DNA of 63,718 nt, counting the filler, from Craspedostauros australis (taxonomy: Eukaryota), in the NCBI GenBank assembly GCA_030167865.1. It is 5 parts of 5 records of this genome, joined end to end, with 100 filler letters (N's around TTAATTAATTAA, not from the genome) between each part and the next. Parts side by side here need not be neighbours in the genome. Positions count along the whole stretch, not along the records: positions 31,028 to 55,199 come from JALAGF010000318.1; 4 more parts are not named here. The stretch is one strand, 5' to 3'. Of the stretch, positions 34,001-42,878 are shown piece by piece. How positions within the stretch are numbered: position 1 is the stretch's first letter; each line of letters begins with the position of its first letter. The notes below the pieces were generated by a model. The model was not told the origin of the DNA. It was given only the letters and a program-made list of their open reading frames with translations, and ran no database searches. The position numbers and the translations under genes were made by a program.

Positions 34001-34045
34001 AGGCGACCCTCGTGGGAGGGGATAATCAGTGCGTTATTATTATTA
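31028..34045 (+). mobile_element. Non-LTR retrotransposon, 3' portion (RT C-terminus, RNase H, zinc finger, structured 3' UTR, (TTA)4 end)
   Basis: Purine-rich segment with one long ORF, hairpin-rich 3' UTR and (TTA)4 at 34034-34045. The 5' part is lost at the linker; the 3' boundary is approximate. Confidence 0.82.
31029..33821 (+). CDS. Retrotransposon pol C-terminal part: RT thumb, RNase H, CCHC-type zinc finger
   Basis: FETLGVKLAPDGN and KLEYVLP (end of RT). RNase H residues VSTDGS, SAYRAELGG, CDN, RHVYGHQ, WNDDVDKAA. CPIC...ETTEHVMQC finger. Confidence 0.88.
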   Translation, partial: TWRYATDAETPAKLMMKGTTGVPQAMPRSGSEQAFETLGVKLAPDGNGSAIEATLRSKAEKWVENVKSWRMRQEDAETAIRTVLMKKLEYVLPVAQLSREQCNRIMKPVWKTMMSKIGLNRGFPREMAYATDEWLGANLHELHTTQVVEHMKMMLEHGNRATMTGKLMRGCIQAMKTEVGAGASMFEVKYNEWEFLATACWAKTVWREANECNIRIREKTETAALIHDKDEWLSVAFQAAGYSRAQRSRLNRCRMIMKVVSVADVVDEKHGGVVAHQRICDEGTWRGRQHVSWPRQGNVPKKDWALWRQALRKVAKTARTSTAWDVDQVSAMMSDNRKVIWLRENVREWRQWGAKAGAVPGMEEYAGTTNVTKDPPTDWRGVHVRERGGCLRVVGIGGRVRKHRTKSRTNSRHAEKLWLEAVVQGKAVVSTDGSFKNGRSTAAYSLNVRGRRKGRVSAAGPVPGRAEVQSAYRAELGGIVQALRKVEDIIQRHDMKHAVTGKVIVVACDNKMAGIHAVQYTRDVSTAVQHFDVIREIRRIQRRLTVTLEYRHVYGHQLERDRGVARDEFAEWNDDVDKAAGAAHSADIEYADEEGYEAEWAIWLDDRKVCTNATAMIRKYVQGQRTVQWQRKVGRIQKGEAKKVDVTAAAIAMAYLKPARRKWVAKHACSFGPVGRNMRKWKFWSGDRCPICKDQEETTEHVMQCQHPLAVSVRRTAMKEWETEMMAARGDGLMVRAMVKQVGAWSEGREVQMEAGYQLQQAMAEQQEIGWGMMVRGRWSARWQRIQESTMEISGQPGRPANWIAXAMVGLWEVRWKAWMARNKVLHDSEQAATAAVIWREAAIAVREEWRQGVQGIGGDDARLLTHTTEAAVRAQSAENQMLWVRHVRAARQAGLRRRALAHTPRHHKRKGGGARQDATGRRARRRRLS

Positions 34046-34257
34046 GAATACAATACTCTCTCCCCAGAGAGACAGAGAGTAGTTCTTCACAAGAGTATTG
34101 CTCTAAATTACACTACGTATGGTATGTGCGATCCCACGTTAGGTTTGCACCGACTGCCAAAGCTCAACGATTCCTCGTTTGCAGATCCCCCTTCAGTGTG
34201 GCAAATGGTGTCGACGATGGCCATGGTTACTGGCGTGTTGATTCATCAATTTTGTCA

Positions 34258-36678
34258 TCAATCATTCATCAAGAACTCAAATAGCTGCTCGTCGACCATG
34301 TCCGTGTTCCAAAACTCATCGGAATCTCCCAGTGACAGACCCCTTGGCCGGTGAACCCTCTCGTCGGCTGCCGCAGATGGGCCTGCGCCTTGATATTGAT
34401 CATGGCTGCTGCTTGTAGGATCTTTGCTATTCGTCGTGGACGATGTTGTTGCGTTCGCGGCGTCCCCATCCGAAGGAGCTCCTTGCTTTTGCTGCGGATC
34501 ATGGTTCGATGGGATCGACCTGTACTTGTTCAGCTCCTGCTGCTTCAGCGCTCTCATCTTGTTCTGCAAGGCCATCTGATTCTGCATATCCCGCTTCATC
34601 AGATTGTTCTCCTCCAGGTTGGTTCGCGTGGAAGGTGCGGAAATACTGGCGGTCGCGGCGGGTTTCTTCGTCCCGACCAGGTTGTTTGCGTCGAAAGCAG
34701 GAGGCGATGCTATCACAGACGCTGCCGTTGCGTTCCCCGTCGTAGCAAGTTGTTGGGTTGGCGGAAGTGCTGCGTGCAAAGCAACGGCAGGCTGAACGTG
34801 GGGCTGTGCGGGGTGGGGTGTTGCCTGATGCTGCGAATCAGCGGGAGTCGGCGTTGTGGCCGGCACGAGATGTCCCTGCAGCGGCGTGTTTAGTTCCGCA
34901 GCACCAGGCGGTGCCACGAATGCACTGTAGACTGCCTGCACCGGCGTATTGAACTCGGGAGCGTTCTGATTCGCGGCCTCGGCGGCGCGGTGGATCATCA
35001 GCTGTTGCTTCAGGGAGAAGAACAGTCCCATGAGGTAGCCCATGGCGGCGCCCATCGGCGAGGCCTTTTCCGCATCGGTCAGCTTCGGCAGCATCAACCG
35101 ATCGTTGCTGTCTCGAATGCTGTCATGCTTGTCTCTGGGAGATTGGGGCGCAGCGGATGAATTCGCTGTCACCACCGTAACGTCACCGTGTGACAGTGTG
35201 GATATCGGTTGCACGTGATTGTTGTGCGACTGCTGGGTCTGAATTTGTTGCTGGTGATGGTCTTGGATTTGCGCGGACGGTGATGGCGGGGGTGCTTGTG
35301 GCGGCACCTGTGTTGGGGCTTGTGCCGGGGCTTCCGCGGGTGGCGGTTGCGACTCAGGCGCATCTTGAGCAAGACCGGCCTCGTTGATGGTGGAGTAGGC
35401 GGCATGTGCTGCCACTTCGCCGCTGCCGATCGATTTGACATGCGCAAGACCCTGGCTTTGGAATTTGGTGAGGGAGCCCTCGTAGCAGGCCATGAATTCC
35501 TTCTTTGACTTGGCCCGATGCAGCCTGTACTTCTGCAGATGGCTTTTGATACGCTCGGTCGTGATCTGCTCGTGCCTTGGCATATGTTCCAGGATGGTAG
35601 ACGGCGAGGAGTGCTTCAAACCAACATCGAAGATGGCAGACACAAAGTCTCTGTGCAAGTCCTCTGGCCATGTGAAACGTTTCGACCATCGACCATCGGC
35701 GCCCTTGCCTTTCTTCCGGCCTCCTCGTTTCGATCTGGCAGACGTGGCTGTGGAGGATGCTGCCTTGTTTGCTTTGGCTTGTGTTGTATTGGTATCCAAC
35801 GCGGCCGCAGAGCGTTTGCGACGCGAGGAAGCCCGCACTGCCGTGGTGGTGGCTTCATGCGTCCGCGTCGACTCCTCGACATTGGGTTCCACCTTCACGG
35901 ACGAGTCCGATGCGATGCTCTGCTCGGACGGATTGAGCTCGTGCGCAGTGGCGATCAACGTAGGCTGTCCTGGATGCGGTTGTTGGGGTGCAGGTTGGAC
36001 CAGTTGGTGATGCTCAGTTATCGTTGGTAGGAATGCCGCATTTGCAGCAGCAACTGGGGGCGCGCCAAGATATCCCTGCGCCCCGACTGCCGCGTGGTGG
36101 CCGGGCGCATAGTGCTGCGCGTCTTGACCATGTTGCGCAGGTGGATATGTAGGAACCGGCGGTGCAACGGGGTAACTCATGTGCTGCTGAGCATTTGATT
36201 TCGCAACTGGCGTGTGCGTAGTGGCCGGGGCAGCAACGAAATGCACATGAGTATGCGGATGATACGCGTTCGATGGGTGCTGCTGAGATTGTTGCTGGTG
36301 ATGGTGGGTTGCGGAAGCATGCTGCGGCTTGTGTTGTTGTGTGGACAATGCTGCTTGATGCGGATCTGCCGCTGGGCCCGGGCCTGGTGCTGAAGAACCT
36401 CCCTGAAGCTGAGTGGATCCCATGGGTATCTGCGGCGTCTTGCTTTGTATCATGCTCTCGTACACTCTCATCAAGTCGTTGGTCACATTGGTACCGATCG
36501 CTGCGGAAGAGTCAGTCCCATCGCCGCCTACTTCACCATGGAAGCTATGCGGAGCAAGCAGTGCATCAGACGATTCAGGTTCTGCCTGAGCTTGATAATG
36601 GTGGCCTTGTTGCTGTGATGGCGGCTGTTGCTGTTGCTGCTGCTGCTGCTGCTGTTGCGATCTTTGATGTTGACTCAT
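34258..36678 (-). CDS. PSR1: GARP/Myb1R SHAQKYF-class transcription factor, phosphate starvation regulator PSR1-like
   Basis: KRFTWPEDLHRDFVSAIFDVG...ERIKSHLQKYRLHR DNA-binding domain preceded by a basic NLS. Q/H/P-rich flanks and a C-terminal coiled coil MKRDMQNQMALQNKMRALKQQE. First ATG at 36678. The domain is certain; PSR1 orthology is inferred. Confidence 0.8.
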   Translation of the reverse strand: MSQHQRSQQQQQQQQQQQPPSQQQGHHYQAQAEPESSDALLAPHSFHGEVGGDGTDSSAAIGTNVTNDLMRVYESMIQSKTPQIPMGSTQLQGGSSAPGPGPAADPHQAALSTQQHKPQHASATHHHQQQSQQHPSNAYHPHTHVHFVAAPATTHTPVAKSNAQQHMSYPVAPPVPTYPPAQHGQDAQHYAPGHHAAVGAQGYLGAPPVAAANAAFLPTITEHHQLVQPAPQQPHPGQPTLIATAHELNPSEQSIASDSSVKVEPNVEESTRTHEATTTAVRASSRRKRSAAALDTNTTQAKANKAASSTATSARSKRGGRKKGKGADGRWSKRFTWPEDLHRDFVSAIFDVGLKHSSPSTILEHMPRHEQITTERIKSHLQKYRLHRAKSKKEFMACYEGSLTKFQSQGLAHVKSIGSGEVAAHAAYSTINEAGLAQDAPESQPPPAEAPAQAPTQVPPQAPPPSPSAQIQDHHQQQIQTQQSHNNHVQPISTLSHGDVTVVTANSSAAPQSPRDKHDSIRDSNDRLMLPKLTDAEKASPMGAAMGYLMGLFFSLKQQLMIHRAAEAANQNAPEFNTPVQAVYSAFVAPPGAAELNTPLQGHLVPATTPTPADSQHQATPHPAQPHVQPAVALHAALPPTQQLATTGNATAASVIASPPAFDANNLVGTKKPAATASISAPSTRTNLEENNLMKRDMQNQMALQNKMRALKQQELNKYRSIPSNHDPQQKQGAPSDGDAANATTSSTTNSKDPTSSSHDQYQGAGPSAAADERVHRPRGLSLGDSDEFWNTDMVDEQLFEFLMND

Positions 36679-37938
36679 GATGACAGGGAGCACACGCCGT
36701 GTCAATGTTGGTTATCACGAAGTGAATGCTCCCGCAAACGATTGAAGTCCAGCTTACTCGTACTGTACAAGTACGAATGCTCTCTGCTTTTCACTGCCTG
36801 GAAAAGCGCATGTAGTAGAACATGTGTGCAAAGTTATGTGTGCATACATGTGCAAAGAGAGAGGGAGAGAGCAAGTGATGGTGAGAGACGCTGTGAGGAT
36901 GAATGTAGGTATCATCTTTTCGTGAGATATCCCATTGAGACCAAGGTCGTTCTCCTCTTGCCGTTGCAAACTTGGAGAGCTTTGATGTGAACTTTGCCAG
37001 GAAGATAGAGACTTGCATACTCTAGAGAGCAGAGTGTAGTATCGTATCCTGTAACTGTTGACTGACCTGTGGATGTCGATATGAATGCGAATGTTGACGT
37101 GAATGGAATGGTATCCTCACATGCGCCGCACCGTATCGGCAGATGCGAGTATAGACGTGGTATTGTGATCCTTGACCTTTTTGTGCTCTGATTCAACCTC
37201 TGCGTTGAATGAAAGGGCGGACGGAAGTGTTACAGGAGTCGTTGGCCTGCTCCAGAGGGTGCTCTGTCTGAGTTGATGGCTGACTTGTGCTCAAACAACG
37301 AGGACTCTGGGGAAGATGTTCGTTGGCAGCAGGGGGGCAGCTTGACTCGGGACGATCTGGCAACGCCAAACGGCAAAGCCAATCAAATGAGATACGTCCG
37401 ATACCCAATACCCAATCAACTGAGAATCAGAGTCCTTCCTGTCTCCTTCGTCTGAGCAACGTGCTCCTTGCCGGCCTGCTCTTGCTTTGGATCGTCGGTT
37501 TCGGACAGAGCAAGTGATTGCTATTGTCGGAGGTACTCGTATTGATGGCAAAGGAAAGCAGAGTCCTCGTGCGTATGAAAGTGGAAAAAACGAACGTACG
37601 AACGCACGAACCAACCCAAGCAAGTTCACAGCTTGTGTCTCTCCGGCTCTGGTTGTTGGTTCCGCAAGTAATGAAATGTTTTGGTTTGGCCCAAGTTGGT
37701 CGCTGTTGTGGTCAACCGTAACACTCCTGGAAGCCGAGACGGGGGCTGTTGAGCCGATCAAAGCGTTCGATGGACGTTTGGTTTTTGGTGGTGGAGAAGG
37801 GGTGATTGCTTCGTCTTCTTCCCATGGACCATCATGATGTCCCTCGTTGCCAACGATGGCAAAGTCGGCGGATGCCTTTTGCCTTTTCATGTCGCGCCGT
37901 GGGTTGCTGTGGCGAAAGAGTGAAGGCCCGAATGTCAA

Positions 37939-38087
37939 CGAATCTCGCTGTTCCTCTCCAACAACGCAGATTCGGACGAGATTCTCAGCAAATCTGCTGT
38001 TTCGTCTCCACAGTCGTCTGAGTCATCCAATAGCGAATCGGCAATTTTCTTCGATCAGTATGATCCGAAAAAATCGAAACGAATCTA
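37939..38087. promoter_or_regulatory. Cluster of four GAATCT sites (PSR-binding-like, YGAATCTH) in a divergent promoter
   Basis: CGAATCTC (+37939-37946), CGAATCTG (-37967-37974), AGAATCTC (-37978-37985), CGAATCTA (+38080-38087), plus near-matches at about 37989 and 38034. Confidence 0.6.
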
Positions 38088-38535
38088 ATCTAATCAATTG
38101 AGTCGCTTCGCGCCAATCAACAAAAAGACCAACAAGTGGCGTCAAGAGACATCACCAGTCACAAAGCCAACACAAAAAAGACATCCGACAACGAAACAAT
38201 CCGCACTGGTCTGCTGTCAACAACATTCATGGGTACGAGTGCCCACGCTGGCGGAAGCAACACCAAAGGGAGACCACATCGTCAATCGCATCAATCCCAT
38301 CAATCCCATCAAGCAGCAGCATCACAGTGGGAAGACCGACCAGCTCAAGGGGGGGGGGGGTTTCAGCGGCAGGATGTCAATGATCATCAGTTGGAAGTGC
38401 AGACCACGAGTACCAATCGGTCGCTGACGAGGCCGATCAATTGCGGCACCCAGTCACACCGTGAAAGAATCGTAACTTGTTGGCGGATAATCTACTCTCC
38501 CCGCACGGACATATCGCCTTCCCCAAGCTGTGATC

Positions 38536-40554
38536 ATGTTCCGGATGCCCAAGGCAAGAGGAATTCGATCGCTGACGTTGCAAAGGAGAAACGCGACGGT
38601 GAGAGATGGCAACTCGTTCTCGTCGCAATCATGCCGCGGCATTCGATGGGTGCATATCTGCATGGCAACGCTGGCCATGTTCGGTTTCGTTGCCATCACC
38701 AAGTCGGTTCAGACACTTCAGATCGAAGCCAGTATGAATGAGATCTCGAAGATTGCAGCGGCTGGACTGTCGGACGTTACTGGGATGAACGCTGATCCGC
38801 AGGCCTATCCTGCCAATGATGCCAGCGGTGGTGATATCGACGTCGATGTCGAGGATGATGACGGTGGCACGAACAGTGATAGTGACAGCGACAGCCTCAA
38901 TCGTGGTGGAGACTCTCATGCAGACTCCAATACAAATTCGATGCTGGATGACGTTCCCAACCAGGATGGCACAATACATCCTACTGCAGATGTGTCGGAG
39001 CACAAAGTGGGCACAATCGGCGCGTCCGTCAATGCAAGAGATGCGACGGTAGCACAATGGAAGGAGCGCAGCGGGCAGATTCAGGAGAAGTGGGATAGCA
39101 TCGCAGAATTTCACGGTGGCCAGCGGCATCACCTCGTCTTTTCCACCAGCTGCAGCCCATTCCAAGATTGGCAGTCCTATCTGCTGCACTTTCAGGCGAT
39201 GTCCATTGGACAGCCAGGAAACATTGTGAGGATCGCATCGGGGTGTTCCCCGCAAGAAAAGCGAGCCCTGTTGGAGTATCACGAAAAGTATATCGCACCA
39301 ATGTCGTCGCGCTTCCGCGTCGTGTTCACCAAACAATACGGACGTGTAAAGGACCCGAAAACCAAGTATTGGAACAAACCATTCGGTGTCAAGCATTGGA
39401 TGGAGACGAGCCTTGGGTACGCTCAGGATCTCATGAACCAAACCAATCCACACGATGATGATATCGTCTTCCTTCTCGACCCTGACATGGTGCTTCTGCG
39501 ACCGCTGGTCAATGATTTCACGTCGGAACCGAACGACTTCTGGCTCAAGTACTTCGCCAATCGACCACGAAAGATCAAGAAGAAGGTTGAACATGGCGCA
39601 CCGATCGCGCAGAGCTATGCCTATGGTGCGGCATGGTTGAAGCCGTTTCGAAACCATCTTCATACGCTCCTTGGCAACGACTCGCCCGTGCACAACATCA
39701 CGGATTACAAAGCCGCAATCCGATTCTACACGTGTGGTCCGCCATACATCCTCACTGCCAAGGTAAGTCAAGTCGAAACCTTCTTACATTCTCGTCGTCC
39801 CTGTGAACGATTAACTCAATAGATGCAAGCGCAACATCATCCCATCGCTCGCCACTCACCTCCTTTGCGGAACGATACTTTTGTCATTCTTCGCATGCTG
39901 CTGAATTGCACGTCCCAATGCTGACATTCCCAGGACATGTACGAGCTATCCATGCACTGGTCAGCATTCGTTGTACCGATGTACGATATCGTGAAGCATT
40001 TCATGGCCGAGATGTACGCCTACAGCATGGCAGCAGCGCATCTGGGGTTAGCGCATCAAACGGCGAAGTCGCTGATGATATCAAACGCCGTCGCACCCAA
40101 CGAAGGCTGGGATATGTTCGACGGCGACGATCAACTAAGAGATAGCAGGACCATGTGCGCTATCCTTGGCAATGAAGTATCGATGAGGAGTCAGGCAAGA
40201 CACCGGCCATATCTCCTACATTATTGCCAAACATACGCATTCGGAAACCACACATTCTCAAAATATAACTTCGCAGGAGGCTCCATCACGCAGTGCGATA
40301 CACCATTGTTCGAAGTCCCGGAATCAGATGTGATGGATCGGTTCAACTACTCCAGGAGATCGTCGACATCCGTCAGTTACTACGACTTCTCTGACCCGAA
40401 ACAGTCGGCCATTGCTCATAGACACGTGTACGCATTGTGTTCCATCATTGCAATGGCAAACCGAGCGGGGATCAATTTTCGAATGAGGAACTGCCCATCA
40501 CCACAAGCATCCAACTTCAACCAAACTTGGTCGTGGCTTTCAAAATCGCCGTGA
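38536..40554 (+). CDS. Type II membrane glycosyltransferase, peptidyl-serine alpha-galactosyltransferase (SERGT/GT96) / HPAT-like; exons 38536-39762 and 39934-40554
   Basis: N-terminal TM segment; HLVFSTSC..FQDWQS, QPGNIVRIASGC, NKPFGVKHW, DxD motif LLDPDM, GPPYI, AEMYAYSMAAAH, LLHYCQ. Phase-0 GTAAGT...CTGAC...CCAG intron. Confidence 0.82.
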
Positions 40555-41220
40555 TGAACAAAGCTGAAGTGGCGAACGACTTCGTTGTGGTAGCACATGC
40601 ATTCTCGCACAGGTGGCTTGGTAACATGACAGTCGCTCAAATAGGAGCATTCTCCAATTTGGTGTCGCGCTGCCGACACAATCCGACGTGTTTCGCAATT
40701 CAGCAAATTATTCGCAGAGAGCCTACTCTGTGATCAAGTGGCGATGGGTCGGCAGTCCTCGACCATGAAGTAAGTATTAGTACTCATACGAGCTAGTGCG
40801 TATAATACGTGTGTCTGTCTCTTTTCAGTATCCGTGCTCGATCATCCTTGGGCATTGGCAATTTGCTGCTAGATTAAGTTTGTCTCTTCACATCTAGCTT
40901 CGCCAATGTAGTATGGCCTTCGTATCTTGATTGCTATTTCGTGACGTCATCCATCGCATCACTCCCCTCTGACGCAAATCGAGGTTGCCAACACCAACCA
41001 AAAGCGCGATCGAAGCAGTTTCCCGTGTACCAAAGAATCCATCAACACCGTTGACAGCATCAACGCCATCGACCACGTCCCTCCTCGCCATCTGTGCAAC
41101 GAGAACGAACAAGATCCATCTCACACAAGCAACATCCGAAGCACCTTGCGAGATCGAACCCAGAGTATCATTCTCGTACGAGCTACGGGCACAATTGGCT
41201 ATCTTCCCATACCGATCATC

Positions 41221-42529
41221 ATGAGACAATCATATCTCCCATCAGTGGCTGTAGCAATCACTGCAGCCGCGCTCCAGGCCACTGGAGTTGTAATTTGCGC
41301 CGTTACCGTCGCCGATGCGTTCGACTTGAGTGCGCCAACGTTGCATTTGCAGCAATTTTCAGCAGCTGCATCTGACATGCCCTCCGTGCGCGCGCTGGAC
41401 AAGTGGACGCTTCGAACCAGGCCAACAGCTCTACGTGCTGCAAATGATGATGAAGCCGCCACGAGACAAGGCACCGAACAGGAGACAGCAGCCGCAGAGA
41501 AGGAGGACATCAAGCCAGATATCCTGGATCCCTTTCTGCCGGCCATCGATCCCATGTACATGTGTCGCGGTGTCGTCGGCGATGGCGACTTCGTCTTGGA
41601 ACGCACGGGAGAGCCGCGCAGCGAGGAGCTTTCCAACGAGAATTTGCTGCGCATTCTCAAGATAGAGTGCAGCGACTTGGAAGTCAACACCTTGGTATGG
41701 AAATGTTTGGGATACCGCTTCAATGCCGAAAAGGAAGAATGGACGAGCGACGCGTGCTTCCCAAAGTGGAAGGACAAGTACCCGCAGCCACCCGATCTGA
41801 TTGGAATGCGGCGCGTTTACTCCAAGGAGATTGATCAACCATCCTTGAGGTCGAACCAATCTCTCGTTCGCAGCATCCCAGCGGATAACAAACAGTCGCT
41901 GAAGACTCATCTGAAGCCACTGGGCTTTTCCGGATACAAGGTGAGGAGAGTTGCGGCAAAAGCGAAACGGCAGACAGTTCTCCAACTCCATTCTGCTCCG
42001 GTCATCGCAAGGGCAGCAGGTGCTTGATCGAAGCCGCGTGAGCTGCAATTCTCAATGCTATTGCATACCTGTTGTTTGGGTAGTGCGGGGCAAGTTGCCA
42101 CACATGCGGAAACTCGCTGCTTTTTATCCCGTCTCACCACCAATTTCTACAAATGCGTTCGCTGCGCCACCGGTCTCGCCATGTCGCTACGTATTCATTG
42201 ATCCGCTCATTCATTCATTCATTCATTCATTTGTATGTCTACGGTGTTGAACTTTATCATGCCCGTATCCCCTGCATTTGCTCCGGACCGATGCGTATGT
42301 TGGCACACCACAGTACGCCGAACTGACACCAAACAAAACACGACGTGCACAATGCGCCAACTGGTTGCTTTACTATCGTGAGGAACTATTTGGTTTCACA
42401 GTGGAAGAACTGAAGGAACGGCGACGATTGAAGTTGGAAAAGGAGGAGCAGGAGCGCATTGCGAAGCTGAAGGCCACGGGCGAAGACACCAACGACGAGT
42501 GGAAGCCACCGGTGCGGGAAGTCTTCTAA
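41221..42529 (+). CDS. Plastid-targeted DUF1823-family protein (cyanobacterial-type); exons 41221-41940 and 42314-42529
   Basis: Signal peptide ending ADA-F. Motifs WKCLGYRF, YPQPPDLIG, LVRSIPADNKQSLK, LGFSGYK|YAELTPNKTRRAQCANWLLY, joined by a phase-0 GTGAG...ACAG intron. Confidence 0.8.
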
Positions 42530-42878
42530 TGAACCGATGATAACGGTGGCGACAGCAACGGTGCTAACGACGAATCCGGCAACGAGGACCACGATTCTGG
42601 TGTGTGTGTGTCGGAGCCCACCGATGTCGCTGGTCACTTCATTAACGTTGGAACTTGGAGAGCAGCACTCCAGTTATTTGCGGCGGTGCGAAAAACGAGC
42701 ACATATTTACAAGTAGTGGTGGTGTTTGTGTGAGCTCCACGCTCCTCCCGTTGCACGTCACAACAGTGAAACGATGAATAGCCCTGGTTGTGAAAGCGTA
42801 GGCGGGTACGAGGTTAGTATTCCTCCCAAGGGGAGAGTGCGATTCTTCCACGCACATGCAAACTCGTTTTCTGGTGCT

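Noticed and set aside
33822..34085. Self-cleaving ribozyme in the retroelement 3' UTR
   Set aside because: No hammerhead core (CTGANGA...GAAA) or convincing HDV-type pseudoknot seen by eye; only simple hairpins are supported.
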